Source: the human T2T-CHM13v2.0 reference genome, Homo sapiens
Reading direction: 5' to 3' (one strand)
DNA: 64,000 bases
Assembly (NCBI RefSeq): GCF_009914755.1
Contig: NC_060928.1
Part shown: in pieces, positions 15,420-28,120 of the stretch
Layout of the letters: each line of letters opens with the position of its first letter
Numbering within the stretch: the stretch's first letter is position 1
Translations under genes and position numbers: made by a program
The notes under the pieces: generated by a model
Told to the model about the DNA's origin: nothing
Seen by the model: only the letters and a program-made list of their open reading frames with translations
Database searches by the model: none

Positions 15420-15832
15420 TCTGCACTAGAGACTTCTACTAGTCCTTTGTAGTAGAATTCTCCATTTTTTAAGCCTGTACCATTTCCCTGCATGTAAATT
15501 ACATTATCAGGTTCCTTTGCAGTTACATGTGGAAATATGATTAAGTTCTAGCCAGTAAGCTGTAAAGAACAGCCTGTGAAAGTTATTTCTAAAGAAGGAG
15601 AATGTACCCTTTGTCCCTGTAATTTTCTGCTACCTGGATTGCAGATTTAATCGCCAGGGATTGAGCAGTCATCTTGGACCATAAGGTGACATCTAGAAAA
15701 GGAAAGTAGTAAGCTCAAAGGAGCCCATGGTATGGTATCTACCCGATTCCTTTTATGATAAATAAACATATCTCACCCAAGCTATCATTATTGTGGGGTT
15801 TTCAGTAGGTGGTAACCTAACTGAATCCTATG
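15420..15832 (+). mobile_element. MLT1J/K-like MaLR LTR
   Basis: ttaagttctagccagt, cagtcatcttggaccataagg and gaatccta end motifs. Confidence 0.6.
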
Positions 15833-15931
15833 TAAAGCAGTATGTCTAGTCCCATTCTTTACATATGGAAAAAAAAGCGGTAGTAACATTTCCCAAACTA
15901 TACAGCCTCTAAAAGCTGATGTGGAATTTCC

Positions 15932-16055
15932 TTTTTTTTAAAATTTTATTATTATTATACTTTAAGTTTTAGGGTACATGTGCACAATGTGCAGGTTTGT
16001 TACATATGTATACATGTGCCATGTTGGCATGCTGCACCCATTAACTCTTCATTTA
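15932..16055 (-). mobile_element. young L1PA extreme 3' end (~125 bp)
   Basis: ttattattatactttaagttttagggtacatgtgcacaatgtgcagg. Confidence 0.9.
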
Positions 16056-16249
16056 CTCAGCTGACTTTAGAAATTTGTTTCTTAATCCCCAAAATAAATA
16101 AGCATTCACTGAAGATTTACATGATATATTTTATTCCGCTGGTTAGAAATTAATATAAGTAAACCTAATTTTGTGAACATGAACCATCCAAGAGCCTGAA
16201 TGAGCATAGATATATAGATATATATGCTTATTTTTTATAAACCTATACC

Positions 16250-16258
16250 ATACACACA

Positions 16259-16293
<35 letters not shown>
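16250..16293. repeat. (CA)n microsatellite
   Basis: Direct reading. Confidence 0.95.
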
Positions 16294-16296
<3 letters not shown>

Positions 16297-16573
16297 CATG
16301 GGAGTGGTAAGGAAAATGATTGCTATTTTAAATTTTATTCATAATATTTTTAATGTTAAATTGGAACTAATATACTATAATAAAATATAATAAATTATGA
16401 ATTTTAGGTGACATATGATCAGTAGTAGGCAGTTTATTATTCCACTTTTTTATGTCAATTTTTTTAATGAAATAATGAAAAATAACAGTAAAACAGCATA
16501 GGTTAAAAACAAAACAGCAAATTACATATGTGCCTTTGTGTAAACATTTTTTCTTAAGTAATTTAAAATACAC

Positions 16574-16886
16574 TTTTTTTTTTTGAGACAGAGTCTTGCC
16601 ATGTCTCCCAGGCTAGAGTGCAGTCACTTGATCTTGGCTCAATGCAACTCCACCTCCCGAGTTCTAGCCATTCTCCTGCCTCAGCCTCCTAAGTAGCTGG
16701 GACTACAGGTGTCTGCCACCATGCCTGGCTAATTTTTGTTGTTGTTGTTGTTGTTGTTGTATTTTTAGTAGAGATAGATTTTCACCACGTTGACCAGGCT
16801 GGTCTTGAACTCCTGACCTCAAGTGGTCTGCCCACCTTGGCCTCCCAAAGTGCTGGGATTACAGACGTGAACCTCTGCACCCGGCC
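16574..16886 (-). mobile_element. AluSx-type with (GTT)n in the middle linker
   Basis: TSD taaaatacac on both sides. Confidence 0.95.
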
Positions 16887-17720
16887 TAAAATACACATTT
16901 CCTACTTGGTGATATTTTTTGACAAGATAAATATTGACTTTTATAACCAGCAGTGTTAATTAGCTATTTGATGTGAGGTGTAGAAACATTCCTCCATTGT
17001 GTCGACCGAGTCATGAAAGAGTTTCCAACAACAAAAACACTCCTTGGGTTTGAAGGTCACTGGCTTGTTACCTTCTGAGGTGAATAATTTCTAGAAAATT
17101 CCTTTGTTGCTCTTAATAATGTAAACTATTTAGATTAGCAAATGTTTAAATAAGTTAAATGTTTTCATACATTTGAGTAGCTTTCCTTAAAAATATAGCA
17201 GTGCTACTTGGCAGAGGGTAGTCTGCTAAAATAGTCAAATAATTACAATGAAAAGACGATAAAAGGAGTACAACATAAATTAATAAATAAATACCAAGAA
17301 GAGATTACTGTAAAGTAGGGATGGTTGTAACTTTTGTGGGAAGAGGAGATTCAGGATGAGGACGGTCTCATGGATGGCTTCGGGAGTCAAAGTTGTGTTT
17401 CTTGACCTTGCTATCAGGAAGTCAGGGAGAAGGGTCATTAAAAAGCTGTTTTTTGTTTGTTTGTTTTTCCATTTGGTAATTAATTAAGCTATATATTTCT
17501 TTAGGCGGCTTTCTGAATCTGTATTTCACTTTAAAACAAATAGTCAATAAATATGAATGCACAGGCAAGAAGCTAACTAGAGTACTCATTTCCTCTTCCC
17601 ACCCCAGAAATAGTGTCCTATTTAGAAAAACTTTAACCACAACATGACGATCATATATAATAGTGCAACTCTCTCATTTCTCCTATTTTACAGTTAGTGA
17701 TTCTTGATGATTTGGTTCAG

Positions 17721-18645
17721 ATTTCCACACCAAAGCATCATTGCTCTCCATCATAGCACCACTAGCAGTATCTGTCGAAGCCTGCTAAGGCAATTGGTAT
17801 TGAGGGACAGGACTAGCTGGATTTCCTAGGCTGACTAAGAATCCCCAAGCCTAGCTGGGAAGGTGACCACATCCACCTTTAAACAGGGGGCTTGCAACTT
17901 AGCTCACACCCAACCAATCAAAGAGCTCACTAAAATGCTAATTAGGCAAAAACGGGAGGTAAAGAAATAGCCAATCATCTATCGCCTGAGAGCACAGGGG
18001 GAGGGACAATGATCGGGATATAAACCCAGGCATTCGAGCTGGCAACGTCTACCTTCTTTGGGTCCCCTCCCTTTGTATGGGAGCTCTGTTTTCACTCTAT
18101 TAAAACTTGCAACTGCGCTCTCTTCTGGTCAGTGTTTGTTACGGCTCGAGCTGAGCTTTCACTTGCTGTCCACCACTGCTGTTTGCCGCTGTCACAGACC
18201 CGCCGCTGACTTCCATCCCTCTGGATCCGGCAGGGTGTCTGCTGTGCTCCTGATCCAGCAAGGTGCCCATTGCCGCTCTCGATCAGGCTAAAGGCTTGCC
18301 ATTGTTCCTGCATAGCTAAGTTCCCGGGTTCGTCCTAACTGAGCTGAACACTAGTCACTGGGTTCCACGGTTCTCTTCTGCGACCCGCGGCTTCTAATAG
18401 AGCTATAACACTCATCACGTGGCCCAAGATTCCATTCCTTGGAATCCCTGAGGCCAAGAACCCCAGGTCAGAACACGAGGCTTGCTGCCCTCTTGGAAGC
18501 AGCCCGCCACCATCTTGGGAGCTCTGGGAACAAGGACACCCTGGTAACAGTATGAGCTCGAAAATGAACATCACACAGCACAGATTTGGAGTCCAGAAGT
18601 AAACTGGCAAAAGTATATGAGGAAATTCAACCATACCTTACCAAG
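17721..18645 (+). pseudogene. candidate 172-bp decayed exon split by LTR17
   Basis: tttggttcag acceptor and caag|gtattt donor flank 80+92 bp of unique DNA; one frame has a single stop after LTR removal. Confidence 0.25.
17801..18549 (+). mobile_element. HERV-W solo LTR (LTR17)
   Basis: tgagggacaggactagctggatttcctagg ... ggtaaca; 4-bp TSD gtat; CCAAT, TATA (gatataaa ~18017) and attaaa (~18099) present. Confidence 0.95.
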
Positions 18646-19869
18646 GTATTTTTTATTTCACATTGGTGTTAAAATTGATTAAGATAATGATAATTCAAAT
18701 TTATTGACTCAATTATACAATCTATTTTCTTACTTCCTATTGCCAGATTATTCTTATGCCTTATTAAATTACGAGCAAATATGATTAACAGTATGTTCAA
18801 ACCTTGGTCAGACTAAAACTTAATTTTGGTAACCCCAAATATTTCAAATATAAAACTATAAAGTGAGCCATAATTTTGTTAGTTCAGATTTGTATACATG
18901 TTTAGTGTTCATAGTAAAGATCCAATAAATTTTAAAAAGTTAAAATTAATTTGAATCCACTCTATTAATTTTTAAAACAGTCGTTTCATTTGGAAAAGTA
19001 CTCAGAGAAATATTTTTGTGAACTTTATATGACTGCATATGAATTACTTCTGATCTATTTTTAGATGAAACTTCTTCCTTTTGAAGAGTATAAATTATTT
19101 TCTGAACTAGACATTTAAATACAGGAATATAAAATGATCCTTCCTCTTGACATCTGTTTAATGTGCTTACAAATAATCAAACTATTGTATTTTAGAAAGT
19201 GTTATCTCAAAACTTCCAAAAATGTAAATGGATAAGAGTCATTTTAACTGTTGAATAGTATAGTTGCATCTCTTTGCAAGCACATGTCCTACTAATAAGG
19301 CATATGGGTACCAGAGTGTCCAGAGAAATCAGAGTGAAATTTCAACAGCACCAGACAAGAACTAAAGCAGATTAATGCATTCAGACTAATGGTAGAGAAG
19401 ACCCGAGTGACCACCATTGCAGCTGACGTATATGAAAGCTTTTAAAATTTCATTTCTTGTTAGTTTGATCTCTCTACATTAAAAAGGATGTGCTGGGAGG
19501 CAGTTTAAAATAAAAAGGTTCATTTATCTCTGGGCTAGAAAGTTAGAGTTACCCAATTTTACCTCTTAAAGAAAGGAAAGTGAGAAAAATTGATCGATGG
19601 TGGATCAGGCTCAAGGAATCTTAGAAATGTGTCTAAAATTGACTTGTTCCAGATCTTCTCACAGATGAAACTGACACTTTGCCTTTCACTAAAAACCTTC
19701 AGGAATTGAGGTCTAAAACAATACAACCACACTAAGATGTCATTAGCTGATTAGATCTTAATGAGTTATTTTTTCACATTGAGCTCATATTATGGTCAGA
19801 AATATTCTTCCTCAGGGAACTAATATCAGATGCTAGAATGATAAATAAATTTGCCCATTTTTAGAATTT

Positions 19870-20000
19870 TCTCCTTTCTATAGGTTTTCGGGAAACAGGT
19901 GGTATTCAGTCACATGTGTAAGTTCTTTGGTGGGGATTTGTGAGATTTTGGTGCATCCTTCACCTGAGCAGTGTACTTTGAACCAAATTTGTAGTCTTTT
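19870..20000 (-). mobile_element. L1PB 3' terminal fragment
   Basis: ataggttttcgggaaacaggtggt...gagattttggtgca...gtagtctttt. Confidence 0.75.
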
Positions 20001-20396
20001 GTTTTTCTTGTCCCTTAAATTATCTTCTATATAAACCTATAGCCAAAATTGGGAAGGTGAGACGTGAATGTTCTAGCTCCTTCATCTATTTCCATGGTAT
20101 TTTACTGGAATATTTTCTTCCACTTATCTCTAAAATATACAGCACTGCCACATCCAGAAATACTTTATCCCATGAAAACTGCTTTCTTTCCATAATTTCA
20201 AATATTCTTTAGCCTCCTTCTATCCTGAATCTTGCCAAATATCTCCTAATGCTTTCAAATCCAAATTCCCCAAAGGTATTTGATGGGAAAAAGATCACTA
20301 CTTAAAGATTTGCAAATGTATTAAATAGCATATCTATAAATATGATTTCAGGACAAAATAGAAAGAAAACATGATTTTAATCTAAGAAAAATAATG

Positions 20397-20490
20397 GGCC
20401 AGGCGCGGTGGCTCACGCCTGTAATCCCAGCACTTTGGGAGGCCAAAGTGGGGACAGAGTGAGACTTTGTCAAAAAAAAAAGGAAAAAAA
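20397..20490 (+). mobile_element. Alu with ~210-bp internal deletion
   Basis: Alu 5' 55 nt joined to gacagagtgagactttgtc plus A-tail. Confidence 0.9.
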
Positions 20491-20507
20491 GTCTTATAGC
20501 AAAAGCA

Positions 20508-20509
<2 letters not shown>

Positions 20510-20545
<36 letters not shown>
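20510..20545. repeat. (TG)n microsatellite
   Basis: Direct reading. Confidence 0.95.
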
Positions 20546-20547
<2 letters not shown>

Positions 20548-21029
20548 ATTTGGAAGATGAAAGAGACAGTTGACACAGTTTTACTACCCAAATATGCATA
20601 CCTATTTTACTGAATCAAGAAACATGAAGTCCTCCTAAAAGGAAATAATTTAACATGGGTCTTATCTAACCTCCATTTTTTTTTCTTTTTGGTCTCTGAC
20701 AGCAAGAGCGTTGGAATCCTATCTAATATTTCATAGATGTCTCAGAGTTACTTGAGCAACAATAGTTTTTAAAATCAAGATCTAAGCTTTAATGAGCAAA
20801 ATGTTATGAAAAAATAAAATATAAATACGTTTTCATGTGGTTTATGGGAAATAGGCTACGATAAACATTACAAAACCTTTTTCTTTATTATTTTTAGAAA
20901 CAATCTTACAAAAACTTTCAAGTATAATATAAAGAAGTTTTTCTAAACTATTTGAGAGTAAGTTGTAGACATGATGCTCCATCACACTGAGCAAACAAGA
21001 ATATGCTGTCCAACTACAGCAAAAGCATG

Positions 21030-21340
21030 AAGACCAGGCGATTAACATAGAAATATTACCATCATCTAATCCTGCTAATCCTCAGGTCCTCAAATTTCAC
21101 CATTTGTCTACTGATGTCCATTTTAGCAAAAGAATCAAGTTCAGAGTCACATGTCATTCCAATCTCCTTTTGTCTGAAACAGTTCCTCAACATTTCCTTG
21201 GCTATCATGACCTTGACAATCTTGAGGGTTTCAGGCGGGTACAAGTAGAATGCCATTTAGTTTTGTTTTGTCTATTGTTTCCTTATGATTGATTCAGGTT
21301 ATTTATCTTTAGCAGAAATATCATAGATGTTTCTATGTTC
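21030..21340 (-). mobile_element. old L1MC/ME 3' UTR fragment
   Basis: ctgaaacagttcctca...catgaccttgaca...gattcaggtta motifs. Confidence 0.55.
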
Positions 21341-21341
21341 A

Positions 21342-21610
21342 TGCGGTGGCTCACACCTGTAACCCCAGCACTTTGGGAGGCTGAGGCGGGCAGATCACCT
21401 GAGGTCAGGAGTTTGAGACCAGCCTTGCCAACATGACAAAACCTCATCTCTACTAAAAATACAAAAATTAGCTGGGTGTGGTGGTTCATGCCCGGCTACT
21501 TGGGAGGCTGAGGCAGGAGAATGGCTTGAACCCGGAAGGTGGAAAGTTGCAATGAGCCAAGGTTGTGCCACTGCACTCCAGCCTGGGTGACAGAGTGAGG
21601 CTGTCTCAAA
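21342..21610 (+). mobile_element. AluSx-type, slightly 5'-clipped, tail replaced by (TA)n
   Basis: Dimeric Alu; no TSD found. Confidence 0.92.
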
Positions 21611-21628
21611 ATATATATATATATATAT

Positions 21629-22895
21629 GTCTTTATGGTAGAACAACTTATTTTCTTTTGGGTATATATGCAGTAATGGGATTGCTAGGTCAAATGGTAG
21701 TTCCACTTTAAGTCCTTTGAAAAATCTCCAGACTGCTTTCCACAGTGGCTGAACTAATTTACATTCCCACCAGCAGTGTATAAGCCTTTCCTTTTCTCCT
21801 CAACTTCACCAGCATCTGTTCTTTTTTGACTTTTTAGTATTAGCTATTCTGACTGGTTTGAATGGTGTCTCATTGTGGTTTTGATTTGCGTTTCCCTAAT
21901 GATTAGTGATATTGAACATTTTTTCATACACTTGTTGGCCACGTGATGTCTTCTTTTGAGAAGTGTCTGTTCCTGTCCTTTGCCCATTTTTAAATGGGGT
22001 TGTTTGTTTTTCGCTTGTTGAGTTCCTTATAGCTTCTGAATATTAGACCTTTGTCAGATGCACAGTTTACAAGTATTTTCTCCCATTCTGTAGGTTATCT
22101 GTTTACTCTGTTGATACTTTCTTTTGCTGTGCAAAAGCTGGTTACTTTAATTAGGTCTCACTGGTCCATCTTTGTTTTGGTTGCAGCTGCTTTAGGAGTC
22201 TTCATCATCAAGTCTTTGCCAAGCTGAGATGTCCAGAATTGTATAGCCTAGATATTCTGCTAGAATCTTTTTCCTTTTAGGTTTTACTTTTAAATCTTTA
22301 ATCCACCATGAGTTTCTTTTTGTTTTTTGTGTAAAGTAAGGGCTCAGTTTTCAATATTCTGCATATGGCTAACCAGCTATCCCAGCAGCATTTATTGAAT
22401 AGGGAGTTCTTTCCCCATTGCTTGTTTTTGGTGATGCTGTCAAATATCAGATGGTTGTAGGTGTGCAGCTTTATTTCTGGGTTATCTAATCTGTTCCATT
22501 GGTCTCTGTCCGTTTTTGTACCAGTACTGTGCTGTTTTAGTTACTATAGTCTAGTAGTATAGGTTGAAGTTGGGTTGTGTGATGCCTCCAGCTTTGTTCT
22601 TTTGGCTTAGGATTGCTTTGGCTATTCAGGCTCTTTTTTGGTTCCAAATGAATTTTAGAATGACTTTTTTCTAATTATGTGAAAAAATGTCATAGGAAGT
22701 TTGATAGAAATAGCATTGAATCTGTAAATAGCTTTGAGGAGTACGGCCAGTTTAACAATATTGATTCTTCCTACCCATGAATATGGAATTTTTTTGAGTT
22801 GTTTGTGTTTTCTTTGATTTTTTTCAGCAGTGCTTTATAATTCTCATTGTAGAGGTCTTTCAACTCCCTAGTTAGCTGTATTCAGAGGCATTTTA
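21629..22895 (-). mobile_element. older L1PA ORF2 3' part, 3' UTR missing
   Basis: Reverse L1 ORF2 (MELPFDLAIPLLHIYPKE). Confidence 0.9.
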
Positions 22896-23335
22896 AGGCA
22901 TTGAAGGGACATACATCAAAATAGTAAGAGCCATCTACAACAAACCCATAGCCATCATCATACTGAATGGGCAAAAGATAGAAGCATTCCCCTTGAGAAC
23001 CATAACAAGACAATGATGCCCACTCTCACCACTCCTATTCAACATAATACTGGAAGTCCTAGCCAGAGCAATCAGAAAAAAGAAAGAAAGAAAAGGTATC
23101 CAAATAGGAAGCGAGGAAGTCAAAATATCTCTCTTCACAGGCAATATAATACTGTACTAGAAAACCCCATAGTCTGTGCCCAAGGGCTCCTAGATCTGAT
23201 AAACAACTTCAGCAAAGTTTCAGGATACAAAATCAATGTGCAAAAATCAGTAGCGTTTTTATCCACCAATAACGTCCAAGCTGAGAGCAAAATTAAACAT
23301 TTAATCCCATTTACAATAGCCACCAAAGAATAAAA
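22896..23335 (+). mobile_element. inverted 5' segment of the same L1
   Basis: [25 protein letters not shown] on the plus strand. Confidence 0.85.
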
Positions 23336-24242
23336 CACTTTTTAATGTGAAACTAAAAAAAAAAGATTATAGCTACAGGTATAAGGTAAATAAGCAATTA
23401 AAATGATAAGAGCATATTAGGCCAAACTCCAGTTATATATTTGAGATTGTTAATATGATTGATGATATTTTGAAAAATTACTGCAAAAATTGATCTCCCT
23501 AAAGTAGAATTGATTATACCATTTCTGAAGAAAATTGAGAAAGTTACAAATATTATCAATGTGTCTTCCATACATTCCCTAAAGGTGTCATGAATATATA
23601 TATACATACTTTCCAACATCCATAAAATTCTGTAAGCTAAATAAAATCTTAATTTAGAGAAACTTTCTATATTTTATTTCTAAATTTCTATATCCAATAC
23701 TAAAATTCCCCCAAAGATAATAGTTGGGAAAAAATATGTACCACTACTTAAATATTTGCAACTGTATTAAATAGCATGCCCATACATATAATTTTAGCCT
23801 TAACTACAAATTAGCAGAAAAGCATGATTTCATTCTGAGGAAAATAATGTATGTTTGTTGCCTGTATGTATGTGTGTGTTTGTGTGACTCAAGCTGAAAC
23901 AAGCCCTAATGACTCCATCATTAACTCAGAGAGCTAAGCAGACTGGGGGAAGAAATTGGGAAAATAGAAATAAGGGAAAGTCCAGAGCTCCCTATCATTT
24001 GATTGAACTGAGTTTCCATTGGCAGAACAGTGTTCTTGATAGGGCCACATATATCAGAATATCAAGTAGTGTAATAATAGAGGCTTGCATAGATTCAAAG
24101 CCTTAGCAGACACTTTAGTTCCAATAATTTGATAGTCAATTAAAAATAATAATTTACTATTGTGTGAAATATTATAATGGAGACTAGTGCAGGTATCTAA
24201 ATCATCTCAATTACTGTTCATTATATAATTTAATGCAAGACA

Positions 24243-24550
24243 GCTGGGCGTAGTGGCAAGTACCTGTAATCCCAGCTACTTGAGAGCCAGAGGTGGGAGG
24301 ATTGCTTGAGATCAGTAGTTTAAGAGCAACCTGGGCAGCACAACGAGACCCCATCTCTGAAAACAAAAGTAAAAGTGAATTAGCTGGGCATGGTGGAGTG
24401 TCTGTAGTCCCAGCTACTCAGGAAGCTGAGGCAGGAGGATTGCTTGAGCCCAGGAGTTTAAGGCTGCAGTGAGCTATAGTCGCACCACTGTGCTCCAGCC
24501 TGTGTGAAAGAGCAAGACCTCAAGTATAAATAATAAATAAAAACAATAAT
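24243..24550 (+). mobile_element. AluJ with FLAM_A-like left arm
   Basis: TSD taatttaatg(c/t)aaga; left arm has cccagctact. Confidence 0.85.
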
Positions 24551-25606
24551 AGTAATTTAATGTAAGAAAAATGGTAATTTGTTCTTTACAAGAATGGGAA
24601 ATTAGGCAAGCATTGACATAAGTCAGTTGATAACATTCTGCTCTGTTGCTTAAACAAAGGAGTTCCAGTGTTGAAAGAGCAGAATGGTAAGAAACATAAG
24701 GAAAAACTGGAGATAGTAAAATCTGAGACCTCTAAGAAAATGATAAATTATTCTAAAAATATGTGTTTGTGTAGATTTCATATCTGCATTTAAATGTATT
24801 GAACATTTTAGATGTTTATTCTTGAAATTGAAGCTTAAAGATTCTGTGCCATGGTGGTAACAATTTTCCAGGTTTTTCTATAATATTTCTTGTTGTTGCT
24901 TTACTAATTTGAAGAAATTCTTTAAAACGGTGACTTGAAACTTCTGTTGCTTCACTCACATGAAGCAAAGACTTTGCGGCAGTCTATCATCTTTTGACTT
25001 GCTTATGATGGATATTAATATCCTAAAATTTCTTACATTCATGCAGCCTATCCTGTCATTTTTTTCCTTTATGACAGGTTTCCTGTCTTGCTTAAAAATG
25101 ACTCATAAATGTTGAGGCTGCTGCTCATATTTTTGTTTCTATATTTAACACATTAATCTCTTTGGAAATCATTCCATATAGTTGATAAGGCAAGCTTTAT
25201 TTTTCTAAGTGGAAAGCCTATTAAGCAAACATTATTAATTTAAAAAACAATCTTAACCACTGCATTGAAATATCCCTTTAATATATGTTATATTCCCCAT
25301 ATTCTTAGATATGCTCTGAGATCATGTAAATTATCTTTTTAATTTTTTATTTATCCTATAACATAATTTTAATTATAGCAGATTAATATCTTTTTATTAT
25401 ATTGAATCACAAGCTCTTGATCCTAGAATTCTATTATAAAGTTATATTGAAGTATCTCACCTTTATTCTGCCATAAAAACTTACAAAACATTTTAATGCT
25501 TTCCAATATGGAATTCTGATTTATTTTGAATTAAATAAAGATTTACAATAAATTTTGCAATGTGGAAAAACAAAAAGTTAAGTTTTAAAATTCTGGAACA
25601 TTATAA

Positions 25607-25935
<329 letters not shown>

Positions 25936-28120
25936 AAAACATTTTTAACATAACTCTTTAAAAAGAATGAATTTAGGTATCCAAAAATTAGCTAGGCATG
26001 CCAATTTGTGTGAGAAACACATCAGATGTTAATTGTTTGGGATATTTAACATTTGAATAGGAATTAATTGTACTAAATTTTGTGTATCAATTGAAATGTC
26101 AGACTTTCATGATGAATGATTAAAACTAAAGGCACAAGTGAAAAGTCAGATTCCAATTCAAATGTGAACATGAATAGAATTCTGCAGGTTTTTATTATAT
26201 ATTTAATACCTAATTGATTAGTTCTCATTTTCTTTGACAGTGAGATTGAATGAATTAAATTATGGTCAATGTTATCAATGAATGCATTCATCTTAACCTT
26301 TTTTTAGTCAATTACCACTATAAGCACTATTCTTTTCTCTTTTTTTTCTATATCCAAATTTGAATTAAAAGTGTACAGAGTCAAATGTACTTAGTGTTAA
26401 ATGGTAGAAAGATAACAAGTATGAAAAAGTATAAATCATAAAAGTAGCAATTATTATAGAATCCAGCACTCTAGTATGTGACATTTAAGCATCTCTCTCA
26501 AGACTTCATCATGAACAATTTATAGCCTTAACTACAAATGAAATGTCATAAATAATTGGTCATGTACCTTTGACATTTCATCTCAGATTTGGTGAATCAA
26601 TTTGTAATCTGGAACATTTGAAGCCAATATCTGGGGTCTGAAATCTCAAGGGTAGTTATTTTTAATTATTTTATGGAATGTATATATTTTGCTCATTTCT
26701 TTAAACATAATAAAACAAATCCTTGACTAAAGAAAAAGAACAAAAGTTGTAATAAAGAAAGCTGCCAAACATCCTAAAGGAACTATTAACAATATTAATA
26801 ATTATAGAGGTCATCTAATTTTTTCTATTAAGTGAATTAAACTTAATATGTCATTTTGTACTTCCGAGGCTTAGGGGGAAAAGCTTTGCATATTCCTGAA
26901 GAATTTTCATTACCTATAGAATATTAATTTCCACTTACGGTTCAGTTCCAAGTTACAGTGAGATAGTGCTGTCTCTTCCAAACTTTGGTATCCATTAACT
27001 CTCTTTTGTGACTGTCCTTAAATAGGCCAAGTAAACTTAGCTGAAGAAGGAAGCAAAGATATTAACAACGCACCAAAGCATCTTGCTGAGTCAAAGTCCA
27101 AGGGGATAAGAAGTCTCAAGTTAGGACTCTGGAAAAATTGGAATCAAGGAACGGATCACTATCAGAATTCCCTTTCCAACTTCCTGCTTTCTATCTCTCC
27201 GTTTAACTCACTGTACTTTCATGTAGCCAATCATATTTATTTATTTCCAATACTTGAATCAGAATATGATAGTCAAGAGTGTACATGTTTACATTTCATT
27301 ACTTAAAAATAGATAACAAGTTGAGTTGAAATTTTAGTAGGATCCAAACTAAGGAACCTTCCTAATCAGACTGAGAAGGATTCTGATTGGCTCAGCTGAA
27401 GAATGCTGGCACTTCAACCAATTCATAAGGAAGGAGGCAGCTGTGGGGACATATTTCCCAAAACAATAGTGGAGGTGATTCTCTGAAAATGAGATGGAGG
27501 ACAAATGAAGCTAGGAACAAAAAATAAGAAAGAGTGGGCAATATATTTTCTTTTCTTTTTCATTCCTTTCCTATTCTAGGAATATACTGTCCTATGATTT
27601 AAGATTGTCAATTTTACAAATCCAAGGAGGAACCATTATTAGAGAGGATATATGAAAAGAAAACAAACTAAAACCTCTTTGATATGCCTAAATAATTTTC
27701 TGGTAAATTGAGCTGCTTTTCTCTCAAGTTTAAGAAACAGCGTTTAGAGTTACAGAGGGTGGCTGGAAATCAATAGCTCAGAGAGCTTGATAAATGAAAT
27801 CAGGAAAATGAAAACCTCAAAAGGGTCAAAAGTGAACATTCTTGACCTTAAGTGGAAAATACGTCTGTATTTTCTAACCACATCAAATCTGTTCACCTAC
27901 ATATTACTATTTTACCACGTCGTTTATGACCACAAAGCATGCATCCTGGATCTTGCTCCATAATTCATCACTGTCTTGCTAGCTCTTTGATACTTCCTGG
28001 TAAGTTTAAATATATATTCAGTCTAGTTTTTCAGTTTTACTCAATGAGAGAGAGTAAGAGGGAGTTTGCAAGAGAACAAGAAAGTGAAAGAGAGAGAGAG
28101 AGAGACTGTGTGTGTGCACG

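Noticed and set aside
19572-19770. Further possible exon of the relic gene
   Set aside because: Several frames are partly open, there is no clear donor, and frameshifts would have to be assumed
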